DNA of 64,000 bases, taken from the IMG/VR virus record IMGVR_UViG_3300043410_000946; one strand, written 5' to 3'. The notes under the pieces are model-generated. The model did not search any database. It worked only from the letters and a program-made list of their open reading frames with translations, and was not told where the DNA came from. How positions within the stretch are numbered: position 1 is the first letter of the stretch; every line of letters starts with the position of its first letter. Position numbers and translations under genes: made by a program. Positions 19,813 through 28,844 of this stretch are shown here, piece by piece. This stretch comes from an uncultured virus (IMG/VR IMGVR_UViG_3300043410_000946). Lineage: Duplodnaviria; Heunggongvirae; Uroviricota; Caudoviricetes.

Positions 19813-20061
19813 ATGGCTGATACAATGAAAAGCATGGAACTCGTATATGCAGATAAGTTAAACGCCTCCCAGTTAATGGTGGGGGACTTAATTAAAATTG
19901 ATGGTGACTTGGTTGAAGTAACCGCTATTGAAGATGACGCAACAGGTGATAACTATTCAATTACTTACACTAATGACTATGGTGATGAAGAAGTACATGA
20001 ATGCACATATGATGCAATATTCAAACTATATATCTATCGTGAAGAAGAAGTAGAAGACTAA
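19813..20061 (+). CDS. Small SH3/KOW-like protein
   Basis: LMVGDLIKIDG...VTAI pattern. Confidence 0.5.
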   Translation: MADTMKSMELVYADKLNASQLMVGDLIKIDGDLVEVTAIEDDATGDNYSITYTNDYGDEEVHECTYDAIFKLYIYREEEVED

Positions 20062-20293
20062 AATCCCCGAGACCGTGTGATCTTTCTCACATAGATCCAA
20101 TTTGACATTTTTAAGATATGTCTGCTAGTATTAAGTTATGAAGAAATCAGCAGAAGAATTACGCAGGCTTATGGAATTACGGCGTTCCAATGCAGCCTCT
20201 GCTGTACCCTCAAAAAAGAAATATACTCGCAAGGGTAGAAAATGTCAGGCAGAAATGCTACAATTAAAGTACAACCTAAAGTAAGGACCCCCT

Positions 20294-21013
20294 ATGAAAC
20301 TACTACGCTCTAAAGATAGAAAGGTGGCTAATCTTGTCACAAAAAATGGAAAGCAAGCAGCAATTGCAAATACCTTTGGATTACCTGCAGGAAAAAACTA
20401 TTCATGTCCTGGTGCAACGACTGTCTGCGAAAGTGTTTGCTACGCAGGTCGCCTTGAAAAAGTATTCCCAACAGTAAAAAAGAATCTACTTCATAACTGG
20501 AACCTACTTAAGGACGCTAATCTTGATGAGATGATTGTTATGCTTGAAGAGATGATTGTTGATTTCAAAAAAGATTGCGATAAGAAAGACGCCCCTAAGT
20601 TATTCCGCATTCACTGGGATGGCGATTTCTTTAATGATACTTATACTATGGCCTGGAAATATATAATTATTCAACACGATGATGTACAATTTTGGGTCTA
20701 TACTCGTGTAAAAGAATCTGCAGAAATGCTAAACGGATTAGAGAATCTTTCTTTGTACTATTCTACAGATAGCGACAATAAAGAGATTGGAATTAATCTA
20801 AAGAAGACCCAAGGTATCAAATTGGCTTATCTTGCTAAGAACTTTGCAATTGGTCAAGAAGACATGAAGGCCCTTACAAATAAGCCAGGCGCCAAGTGTC
20901 CTGAAAATAAAAAGGCCATTCCACTTATTAGCAATGCAGGCTCAGCATGTGTATCTTGCTCACTGTGTGTATTTAATAAGGCTGATATTGTATTCAGTGC
21001 GAGTAAGAAATGA
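20294..21013 (+). CDS. Gp88-like (radical-SAM-like Fe-S) phage protein
   Basis: FGLPAG..SCPGAT..C..VCYA; FRIHWDGDFF; FWVYTR; CP...CVSCSLC. Confidence 0.7.
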   Translation: MKLLRSKDRKVANLVTKNGKQAAIANTFGLPAGKNYSCPGATTVCESVCYAGRLEKVFPTVKKNLLHNWNLLKDANLDEMIVMLEEMIVDFKKDCDKKDAPKLFRIHWDGDFFNDTYTMAWKYIIIQHDDVQFWVYTRVKESAEMLNGLENLSLYYSTDSDNKEIGINLKKTQGIKLAYLAKNFAIGQEDMKALTNKPGAKCPENKKAIPLISNAGSACVSCSLCVFNKADIVFSASKK

Positions 21014-21330
21014 GTTTCTTATTCTATGCAGCAATGACAACGCTTGTACTTATAAGCATTCTAGGAGGAGCAGGGAACTAAGGATCCCCTGCAAAATCCT
21101 CGGCGCCCCTGTGATATTTATCACAAGATAATTTACGACTACGATTTGATATTTCTGAGATTTCCTGCTAGACTTATATCATAAGCAAAACCAAGATGGT
21201 CTGGCTTGTTTGGTGTGATTAAGGTCACAGTCCAAATAGTGAGATTATTAAGATTTTGATTTGTATTTCTGAGATTTTTCAGTTATACTTAATACATAAG
21301 GAAAACCCAAACAGAAAAGGAAAAACAAAA

Positions 21331-21495
21331 ATGGCAGTAGCAACACAGAACTACAAGGTAGGCGACCTCTTTACAACACAGAAGTCAAAGGTTACAGGAA
21401 CTATCGCAGAGATTATTCCACAGGCTAATGGTAATGTTCGTGTAAAACTTGATGTTAATGGTCAGGCTCGTTACACAACTTGGACAGCAAAGTAA
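21331..21495 (+). CDS. Small SH3-like protein
   Basis: AAAGGA RBS; YKVGD...GTI...VRVKL. Confidence 0.6.
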   Translation: MAVATQNYKVGDLFTTQKSKVTGTIAEIIPQANGNVRVKLDVNGQARYTTWTAK

Positions 21496-21561
21496 GTTTG
21501 GCAATAACGCCAAAATAAAAACACGCCCCACAGAAATGCGTGTCTAAACAAATAGAGTGGG

Positions 21562-21589
21562 ACAACCTGAGTAAGTTGTAAAACTGCTC
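21562..21589 (+). ncRNA. Repeated pseudoknot, copy 2
   Basis: ACAAC-CT-GAGTA-A-GTTGT-AAAAC-TGCTC. Confidence 0.65.
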
Positions 21590-21632
21590 ACTCAAAACCC
21601 CCAAAGACCCAAACAGAAAAGGAAATAACACA

Positions 21633-22046
21633 ATGGCTAGAGCAATCTCAGTTAAGGTAGCAACAACTAAGGTAATCAAGGCACTTGAGGCTTCACTTGC
21701 AAAGTTAGAAAGTGATTTTGCCTCACAAGAAGCAAACAAGGCAAAGTATGATGAGGCTAAGAAGGCTTGGGCAAAGGAAGTTGGAAAACTTGCAGTTGCT
21801 CAAATCGCAAAGGCTGAAAATCTATCTGCTAACAAGCGTTACAATGGTGAGATTAACCTTGACTTTAATCTCCCTGCTGGTTCTATTGAACTACCTGATG
21901 AACCACAGCAGGATTTTGTAACAATGCACTCATGGCAATATGAAAATCAAAAGAGTGAAATTGAAAATGCAATTCGTATTCTCAAGATGACTGATGAGGA
22001 AACAGTAAGTGCCTCAACTTTTAAGTCAATCGCTCAGTATCTCTAA
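21633..22046 (+). CDS. Hypothetical protein
   Basis: AAAGGA RBS; 137 aa. Confidence 0.7.
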   Translation: MARAISVKVATTKVIKALEASLAKLESDFASQEANKAKYDEAKKAWAKEVGKLAVAQIAKAENLSANKRYNGEINLDFNLPAGSIELPDEPQQDFVTMHSWQYENQKSEIENAIRILKMTDEETVSASTFKSIAQYL

Positions 22047-22055
22047 TTAACAAAC

Positions 22056-22082
22056 TCACCTGAGTAAGTGATAAAACTGCTC
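22056..22082 (+). ncRNA. Repeated pseudoknot, copy 3
   Basis: TCAC-CT-GAGTA-A-GTGA-TAAAAC-TGCTC, 4 nt before tRNA-Trp. Confidence 0.65.
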
Positions 22083-22086
22083 ACCT

Positions 22087-22157
22087 ATCGCCCAAGTGTT
22101 ACGGTAGCATGACGATCTCCAAAGTCGTTGGACAAGGTTCAATTCCTTGGGGCGGTG
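22087..22157 (+). tRNA. tRNA-Trp(CCA)
   Basis: ATCGCCC/GGGCGGT acceptor; ACGAT-CTCCAAA-GTCGT; CAAGG-TTCAATT-CCTTG. Confidence 0.85.
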
Positions 22158-22286
22158 CAAAGTTTTGGCCCGATGGCCATGTGATTAATCTCACACCGTT
22201 ATGATCGTAGGTTTACGTCCTAGGATTTGCATTTGTCAGACCACCCTGCTAGAATTATATTATTACCCCCTACGAAAGGACATCTA

Positions 22287-22778
22287 ATGGGATTAGACAT
22301 GTATCTCTCAGCACGAAAGTATGTTGAGAAAATTGACTGGAAGAAAATGCAAGAGGACTATAACACTCCTTATGCAGATGCAACTTACCCTAACTATGCA
22401 GAGATTGTTTCTCTTGCAGGCTTGTCAGGATTAGATAAAGATATCTATGGCGCTCATGTTTCTGTAACTGCATTGTATTGGCGCAAGGCTAATGCGATTC
22501 ATAATTGGTTTGTTAATAATGTTCAGCATGGCAACGATGACTGTGGTGAGTACTATGTCTCCCATGAAAAAATAGCAGAGTTGCTAAATGTTTGTGAGGA
22601 AGCATACAAGACTAAGAACCATAAAGTCCTTGAGCCTATTGGTGGATTCTTCTTTGGTTCAACAGATATTGACGAGTGGTATTGGGAAAGTATCAAGCGC
22701 ACCATCAAGGAAATCAAGTCTATCAAGAAGCATAAAGACTATGACCGCTTATCCTTCTACTACTCTTCATCATGGTAG
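22287..22778 (+). CDS. Conserved phage protein (MGLDMY...YWRKANAIHNWF)
   Basis: GAAAGGA RBS; recognisable phage family motif. Confidence 0.7.
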   Translation: MGLDMYLSARKYVEKIDWKKMQEDYNTPYADATYPNYAEIVSLAGLSGLDKDIYGAHVSVTALYWRKANAIHNWFVNNVQHGNDDCGEYYVSHEKIAELLNVCEEAYKTKNHKVLEPIGGFFFGSTDIDEWYWESIKRTIKEIKSIKKHKDYDRLSFYYSSSW

Positions 22779-23359
22779 GAGATAGCATGGAATGGATTAA
22801 ATATTCATTTGTCTGTAATGGCGAATGCGATGCTTTGCTAGAGTTTACCTTCAAGGATGGCTTTGACTGGCCTAGTGGTGTGGTAGAAGTCACATGTCCT
22901 TGTGGGTCCAATACCACACTTTTGTCAGTGGATAATGCTACAATTAATAATAACAACGAACAGAAAGAAGATAGCCCAATGAATGCAACAACAGAATACC
23001 TTGAGTCAATGGTTTCATCCCTACAGGAGCAACTCAAGTCTCATCAGAACTGCGATTACTGGAAGCGTGAGAATGGCCGTATTCAGTCACAAATCATTGA
23101 CACACTTAATGATGCAATTGAAGATACCTATAAGTCACGCAATGAAATCATTACTGAGATTGCAGAAATCATTGACTATGCATTAACCAAAGAAATTCAA
23201 TTTACTGCAACAATGCGTTTTGTTGGAACCATTTCAGTACCAGCGCTTGAAGCAGAAGACTTTGATTTATCAGGAGTACTTGATGAAGCATATGTTGATA
23301 TTAATAATGGCGATGTAATTATTGACTCATATGAATTATATGATGCTGAAGAGTGTTAG
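22772..23359 (+). CDS. Hypothetical protein; Zn-ribbon N-terminal module plus C-terminal module with an internal start near 22980
   Basis: CNGEC...CPC; internal promoter at 22923. Confidence 0.55.
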   Translation: MVGDSMEWIKYSFVCNGECDALLEFTFKDGFDWPSGVVEVTCPCGSNTTLLSVDNATINNNNEQKEDSPMNATTEYLESMVSSLQEQLKSHQNCDYWKRENGRIQSQIIDTLNDAIEDTYKSRNEIITEIAEIIDYALTKEIQFTATMRFVGTISVPALEAEDFDLSGVLDEAYVDINNGDVIIDSYELYDAEEC

Positions 23360-23384
23360 TTTCTGATAGGGGGCTATCTAGAGA

Positions 23385-23411
23385 GGACCTGAGCATGTCT
23401 TTAAACTGCTC
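23385..23411 (+). ncRNA. Repeated pseudoknot, copy 4
   Basis: GGAC-CT-GAGCA-T-GTCT-TTAAAC-TGCTC. Confidence 0.65.
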
Positions 23412-23574
23412 CTCAATTCCCGCAAAAACCTCGGGGGCGCTGTGATTAATATCACACTGTGTTTAAGATCACCTTTAAGAAATGTCCGTTTTGCCCCATG
23501 TCTAACTAGTCTGATTTGCATTTGTCGCCCCTGACTGCTAGAATTATTACATATCAAAAAGAAAGAAGGAAAAA

Positions 23575-24591
23575 ATGGCTCATGAACTAGAAACTCAAAA
23601 CGGCGTTGCATCTTTTGCATCATTCAGAGAACCTGCTTGGCATGGTCTTGGAACTGTTTTCACAGAAGAAAAAACAACTGCACAAATGCTTGAGGCTGCG
23701 AACCTCTCTAATTGGAATGTTCGTCTTGAAGATGTAACAATGCCTACTAATCTTACATCAGATAAAAACTATCAGTATGTATTGCGTACTAACCCTACAG
23801 ATAATACTCAAACAGATGTTTTGGGTATTGTTGGAGAGCGTTACCATGTTATGCAAAATGAAGATTTATTCTCATTTGGTGATAACATTCTAGATGGTGG
23901 TGGTCGTTGGGAAACTGCTGGCGCTATTCGTGGTGGTCGTGTTGTGTTTGGCTCTCTTGCATTAGAGCGTGAAACAGTTCTAGACCCTAGCGGTGTTGCA
24001 GATAAGGTAAAAACTTATCTTCTCATTAACACATCACATGACGGGTCTATTGCAATTCAGGCTTCAATCACACCTGTTCGTGTTGTATGCGCTAACACTC
24101 TTAACATGGCACTTGGTCGCACAAAGCGTAAGGGTGGCGTAAAGCAATCTTTCAAGATTCGTCACACTCAAACAGCAAGTGGCAAGGTGCAGATTGCTCG
24201 TGAGACTCTTGGTCTTGCTAATGCATACATGGACGAATTCGACAAGATGGCAAAGCAACTTTTTGAAACAGAAGTTAATGCTAAAGTGTTTAACGACATT
24301 TTGCTTGCCTCATATCCAAAGCCTGAGAAAGATGCAAAGGGCGCAATCAAGAAGTGGGAAAACAAAATCGACACCATTAACGACATCTACACAGGTGAAT
24401 TTAATGGCATGATTGCTGGCACAGGCTGGGGCGCATTTAATGCACTTACAGAACGCCTTGATTGGTATCGCTCTGCTCGTGGTGGCAATAACGAATCTAT
24501 CTTGGCAAGTGCAAGTGGATTTGACCCTGCAATTAACGCAGAAAAGAATCGCTTGCTAACTGTTGTGCAGAATGTTTTGCAAGTAGCATAA
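23575..24591 (+). CDS. DUF932/DUF945-family phage protein
   Basis: MAHELE...PAWHGLG...WETAGAIRGGRVVF...NTSHDGS...PVRVVCANTL...IRHT. Confidence 0.85.
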   Translation: MAHELETQNGVASFASFREPAWHGLGTVFTEEKTTAQMLEAANLSNWNVRLEDVTMPTNLTSDKNYQYVLRTNPTDNTQTDVLGIVGERYHVMQNEDLFSFGDNILDGGGRWETAGAIRGGRVVFGSLALERETVLDPSGVADKVKTYLLINTSHDGSIAIQASITPVRVVCANTLNMALGRTKRKGGVKQSFKIRHTQTASGKVQIARETLGLANAYMDEFDKMAKQLFETEVNAKVFNDILLASYPKPEKDAKGAIKKWENKIDTINDIYTGEFNGMIAGTGWGAFNALTERLDWYRSARGGNNESILASASGFDPAINAEKNRLLTVVQNVLQVA

Positions 24592-24597
24592 CAAAAT

Positions 24598-24624
24598 AAT
24601 CCTGAGCATGATTTAAAACTGCTC
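24598..24624 (+). ncRNA. Repeated pseudoknot, copy 5
   Basis: AATC-CT-GAGCA-T-GATT-TAAAAC-TGCTC. Confidence 0.65.
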
Positions 24625-25156
24625 TCCGCTCTGCGGATCATAATAAATAAATATGCACGTGGATGCATAAAAATCCTCGGGGCCTGTGATGCAAATCACA
24701 TGACATTTCCTGTGGATAACTTTAAGATGAGTTGATATTTTTCCCCAAACCTGCTATCCTGAATACATGACTCAAACAACCTATAAACCATATACCATAG
24801 ACGAACTAGTTACCTCTATCTATGAGGATAACCTAGAACATTTTGAGCAATCTACAGAAGACTGTGATTGTATTATTCATCAAGCCATGTGGCTTATTGT
24901 CAAGCATTGGGAGGGATAATGTACGACATTAACAATAACTGTATTGTTTGTGATGAGTATATCTTTGACCAACATAAGAAGTCTTGTGAATACTATGTAG
25001 ATGAGGACTATTTAACATTTACTAGGCGTATTAGAGAGATAGCAAATAATACTGAGATTCATATGTGATGAAGATCACATTCAATACCCTGGCCCCTGAC
25101 TTGCATTTGTCAGACCAAAACCTTATAATTAATACATACAAGAAAAGGAGACCCAA

Positions 25157-25327
25157 ATGCCAACATATGATGTGAAGGTAGTCGTAGAATACTTCTATGA
25201 GGTAGAAGCAGATAACGCAGAGCAAGCAGAACAAATGGGCTGGGAATATGAAGACTATTCTTATGGCGCAGAAGTTTATTCCATTGATGTAGATGAACAG
25301 CCTGAAGAAGATGAGGAAGAAAACTAA
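25157..25327 (+). CDS. Small acidic protein (EVEADNAEQAE motif)
   Basis: AGGAG RBS after the 25108 promoter; read manually. Confidence 0.6.
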   Translation: MPTYDVKVVVEYFYEVEADNAEQAEQMGWEYEDYSYGAEVYSIDVDEQPEEDEEEN

Positions 25328-25530
25328 TGGACATTACAAGTCGTGAAGTAACCTATCGCTCTGCCGTTGAGCAAATCTTTTTCTCAGACGGAACTGAACT
25401 CTGTATCACTATTGGTACTGACACATCTGGTGGCGGTAGCATTGATATTGAATATGACTGGGTAACTGGTAAGCCTGATTGGGCTGAGTTCCTAGATGAA
25501 GATACATTAGTAAACTATGAGGTAATTTAA
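25327..25530 (+). CDS. Hypothetical protein
   Basis: Coupled ORF. Confidence 0.55.
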   Translation: MDITSREVTYRSAVEQIFFSDGTELCITIGTDTSGGGSIDIEYDWVTGKPDWAEFLDEDTLVNYEVI

Positions 25531-25739
25531 TGGACTATTTAATTAATTATATAAAGTTACATATCACAAGTCTGGAGCAAGACGCTGAAGAACTAGATAA
25601 GCAGATGGGCTTCTATGACGACCTTGACTGTGATGAGTATAAGGATTTGGAGATAGAGGATATCTTTAATAATGGACAAATAGCCGCAATGCACCATATC
25701 CTACAAATAGCGCTTGACTATAAAGCCACACTCGTGTAA
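25530..25739 (+). CDS. Hypothetical protein
   Basis: Coupled ORF; GAGG RBS. Confidence 0.55.
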   Translation: MDYLINYIKLHITSLEQDAEELDKQMGFYDDLDCDEYKDLEIEDIFNNGQIAAMHHILQIALDYKATLV

Positions 25740-25768
25740 AATTAATATATAACCCAAAGGAGACCCAA

Positions 25769-26041
25769 ATGGAAGAATCATCAAGTAAGTTACCACCACA
25801 CTATCAGCAACTCGTAGACGCAGGTGTATCAGGAATTGACATCATGCATGGTATGTTAAAGATTGATATGTTAGAGGCAGAGGCCCGTTATACAGAGGCA
25901 CAACGCATTGAGGAAGAGAACGACTACTCTGACGCAATGGAATCTATGGACAGGAAGTATGAAGAGGGATTTCTTGACGCCCTGTCTATGATGTATAAAT
26001 ATACATATGATATCTCGTTTGCTATTGCAGACAAGAACTGA
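25769..26041 (+). CDS. Hypothetical protein
   Basis: AAGGAG RBS. Confidence 0.6.
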   Translation: MEESSSKLPPHYQQLVDAGVSGIDIMHGMLKIDMLEAEARYTEAQRIEEENDYSDAMESMDRKYEEGFLDALSMMYKYTYDISFAIADKN

Positions 26042-26209
26042 TAGAATTATATAAGAGGAGACCCAAATGAAAGATGAAGTAAGACAGTTACTTAGTGACC
26101 TAGATAAGCCAATTAAGGTTAAAGAGTGTATTGAGTGTGGTTATATTTTGCCTACCAAGACTATTCCTGATACCTGCCCAAATTGCAAAAGAACTGTGGA
26201 GAAGTAACT

Positions 26210-26485
26210 ATGGGAATGCGTGATGAATCTTGGTGTGCTGACTGCGGAGCAGGCATGCACTATACAGATAACGAAGATGCAATCTGTGGAGAATGTGCTG
26301 TAGAGCGAGGCACGGACTTAGTAGAAACGATCATTAGATATCTTGAGAATCAAAAGAATGAATTCGAACATCGCCTTGAACTTGCAGATGGAGCGGATTC
26401 CGTGTATCATTATCTAGAGGGCTGTGTTGAGACCTCTGACCTATTTCTACATAAAGTAAAGGACCTGTATCAAAATGGATTTTAG
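26210..26485 (+). CDS. Zn-ribbon hypothetical protein
   Basis: CADC...CGEC. Confidence 0.55.
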   Translation: MGMRDESWCADCGAGMHYTDNEDAICGECAVERGTDLVETIIRYLENQKNEFEHRLELADGADSVYHYLEGCVETSDLFLHKVKDLYQNGF

Positions 26486-26921
26486 AGAAATGACAATGGA
26501 TGAGTGGGAAATTGCATTTAAGCCAATCCCTAATCATATAGACGAAAATGCTGCATTCCAAAACGAGGACGGCATTGGAATAATGTTTGAGACATATGGA
26601 GCAGAGGTAGAGTTTGTAAAGAAAGCAGACCCTAGACACATCTGGACCTATGGTGACGGAGATGATGGAGAGTCTCATATCTGGAATGGTTGGCACTTTG
26701 TAAATAGACTAGGATACTTTATTACTGAAGAGCCTTGCCCTGAAGGTGTAGAGATTCAAGTTAATTTAAATGATTACTATTATTTCTGTGAAGGGTGCCA
26801 TCAAGAATGGGAAGGCGCTGCTGGCCATCTAGTTAATGATACATTGGGTGAGATTGAGAAATGCCCAGCATGCGCTACCATGGAAGAAATGAAAGAGTAC
26901 GAAGTTAACCTTCCTGCATAG
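26475..26921 (+). CDS. Hypothetical protein
   Basis: FETYG.E...IWT...GWHFVNRLGY plus C-terminal CxxC pair. Confidence 0.65.
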   Translation: MDFREMTMDEWEIAFKPIPNHIDENAAFQNEDGIGIMFETYGAEVEFVKKADPRHIWTYGDGDDGESHIWNGWHFVNRLGYFITEEPCPEGVEIQVNLNDYYYFCEGCHQEWEGAAGHLVNDTLGEIEKCPACATMEEMKEYEVNLPA

Positions 26922-27037
26922 CAGGCCATAGGCTAGTGAGAATGGGTCCTCACTGGCCACTGGGGGAGGCAGGGTAAACCTGCAGTGGACTTGCCTCCCC
27001 AACAATTTTTTGGTATAATCATAAAGAGAGGAGCAAC

Positions 27038-27265
27038 ATGGCTAGAGGTAGATTATTTAGAGAACCTGTTAATACAAATGAAACAAGACGAGCAGAAAAA
27101 CTAGCAAGGCTTCTTACAGAAGATTTTGGGGCAGACTTAGAACGCATTGGATATTACTTAGTTAGAAACCACCCCATGATTGTGTATAGGAGATTTGAGG
27201 TTTTGAACTTGGCAGCACAAGAAGAGTATGATAAACTAGTAGGAGAGATGAAAGGTACAAAATGA
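27038..27265 (+). CDS. Hypothetical protein
   Basis: TGGTATAAT promoter and GAGGAG RBS. Confidence 0.6.
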   Translation: MARGRLFREPVNTNETRRAEKLARLLTEDFGADLERIGYYLVRNHPMIVYRRFEVLNLAAQEEYDKLVGEMKGTK

Positions 27266-27558
27266 ATTTTGCAGATAAGGCTGGAGTAATTGGACAGTTA
27301 TGGATTGAGTTTCGTAACGATGAAGACTTCAGCAAGTTCATGGAATACAACGACCTAGGTTGCCCACTAGCATACATGATTGCGGAGGGTATTGCAGAAC
27401 CAACACCACTAGGAACTGATATGGTAGAAGAAACATTCAAGATGTTTTCTATGCTAGTTGATGTGACTGAGGAACAGATTGATGAACTTGAAAATATCAA
27501 TTTGATTAGCGTTCTGGAACTTGGCTACAAGAATCGTCAGGCTAAAGAAGAAGAGTAA
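27262..27558 (+). CDS. Hypothetical protein
   Basis: Coupled ORF; YNDLGCPLAY. Confidence 0.6.
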   Translation: MNFADKAGVIGQLWIEFRNDEDFSKFMEYNDLGCPLAYMIAEGIAEPTPLGTDMVEETFKMFSMLVDVTEEQIDELENINLISVLELGYKNRQAKEEE

Positions 27559-27599
27559 GTGATCTTAAAGTGGGGGCTACGGCCCCTGCTTTTGCCTGC

Positions 27600-28630
27600 G
27601 CCCCCGAGGATCTGGACAAATAGGACATATCTCCCAAACCACATTTTCTGGACATATCATTACGATCCCAAACATTTTTCTCCCAGATATTACGATCAAA
27701 CATTTATTTTCCCCAAACTAAGATTACGAAGATCAAATATTTTTTCCCAAACCTTATACCATATCAAACCTTGTTTGTCAAACACATCTCCTTATATCAA
27801 ACAAATAGTGGTTTGTCAACTATAGTGTTTTATACTATAGGTATTACGATCAAGATCTTTTTATCCCCTGCCCTGGCGCAGCCCCCCGTTTGTCGGTGGT
27901 ACCTGGTAGAATACGGGCTTTACGATCCCACCCAAAACGGCAGGGGATCTAGGAATCCTCTGATACCAAATCCCCCTAGTACTATATACAAACCTTTATA
28001 TCTGATATAAAACAATTATTTAAAACAAATTGTTTTTTATTTATTTCTTTTTATTTATTTAAATAATAATTAATTTATCAAACAAATGTCGACAAAATGG
28101 ATCAAATTTGTCATATAATTTGCGTAGCAAATATAGTTGACAAATACTTATGTTTGGTATATAATGCATGGCCCAATATGAATTTGACAAAGGTTTGAAT
28201 GTTTGGTATAGGGGGAAAAGGTGGTTTGACATTACGGCCCCTTCTATGATATGCTCTATACTCCACTTCCCTCCACTATCCTCCACTTTAAGAATGTCTA
28301 AATAAATATTCAGTAAGATTTATCTGTGGATAAACCTGTGGATAACTATGTAGAAATGGTACCATATAGACTGTAGAAATGGTATCCTAGCCTGTGGATA
28401 ACTCTGAATATAGGGGTACAATCTCTCTGAAAATAGGGGTATAAAACCTAACAAATACACTCCAAACCTAACAAACCTAACATATCAAACCTAACAAATA
28501 AGGTATTTGAACACCTTAAAACCTAACAACCTAAGTGTCTATAACACCTTAGACTGTGGATAACTTTCCAAAACCTAACAATCCTGATGCTTTAACAAAC
28601 ACCCATTATCATATATTTGTGGATGACCCT
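27600..28630. other. Candidate replication origin
   Basis: DnaA boxes TGTGGATAA at 28325, 28337, 28393, 28555; AT-rich tract about 28005-28080; ATTACGA and AACCTAACA repeats; no credible ORF. Confidence 0.6.
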
Positions 28631-28844
28631 ATAGAAGAAATGTCTATAAAATCTAAATTTGATCTATCAAAATGTACTATTTGTCAGGGTATATCAGTAG
28701 GCATAGACAACCATTCAGAACCTAGATGCAGGCTATGCTACAATAAAGATATGCCAAAAGTATTATGTTTTGATTGTGGATATTTCTATGAAGCACCTTA
28801 TGGAACAAAAGACATTACGAAGCAGTGTCCAAAATGCCAGGGAT

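Larger units (their letters stand above)
15388..25079. promoter_or_regulatory. Array of 15 Crp/GlxR-type boxes TGTGA-N6-TCACA
   Basis: Perfect at 17520, 18439, 18870, 20076, 21110, 21214, 22180, 23441, 24685, 25064; one mismatch at 15388, 15537, 15617, 16604, 17388. Confidence 0.8.
15671..27912 (+). promoter_or_regulatory. Family of TGTCNN-N10-TANNNT (PafBC/RecA-NDp-like) promoters
   Basis: Exact spacing at 15671, 16660, 17564, 18504, 18923, 20243, 22234, 22923, 23523, 25108, 27891. Confidence 0.75.

Noticed and set aside
18368..24624. CTGAG...AAAC repeats as hammerhead ribozymes or CRISPR repeats
   Set aside because: No CUGANGA/GAAA core with three stems; copies are dispersed at irregular distances with genes between them
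26925..27010. GC-rich double hairpin as an HDV-like ribozyme
   Set aside because: P1/P3 nesting could not be built consistently; two simple stems before a T run fit a terminator
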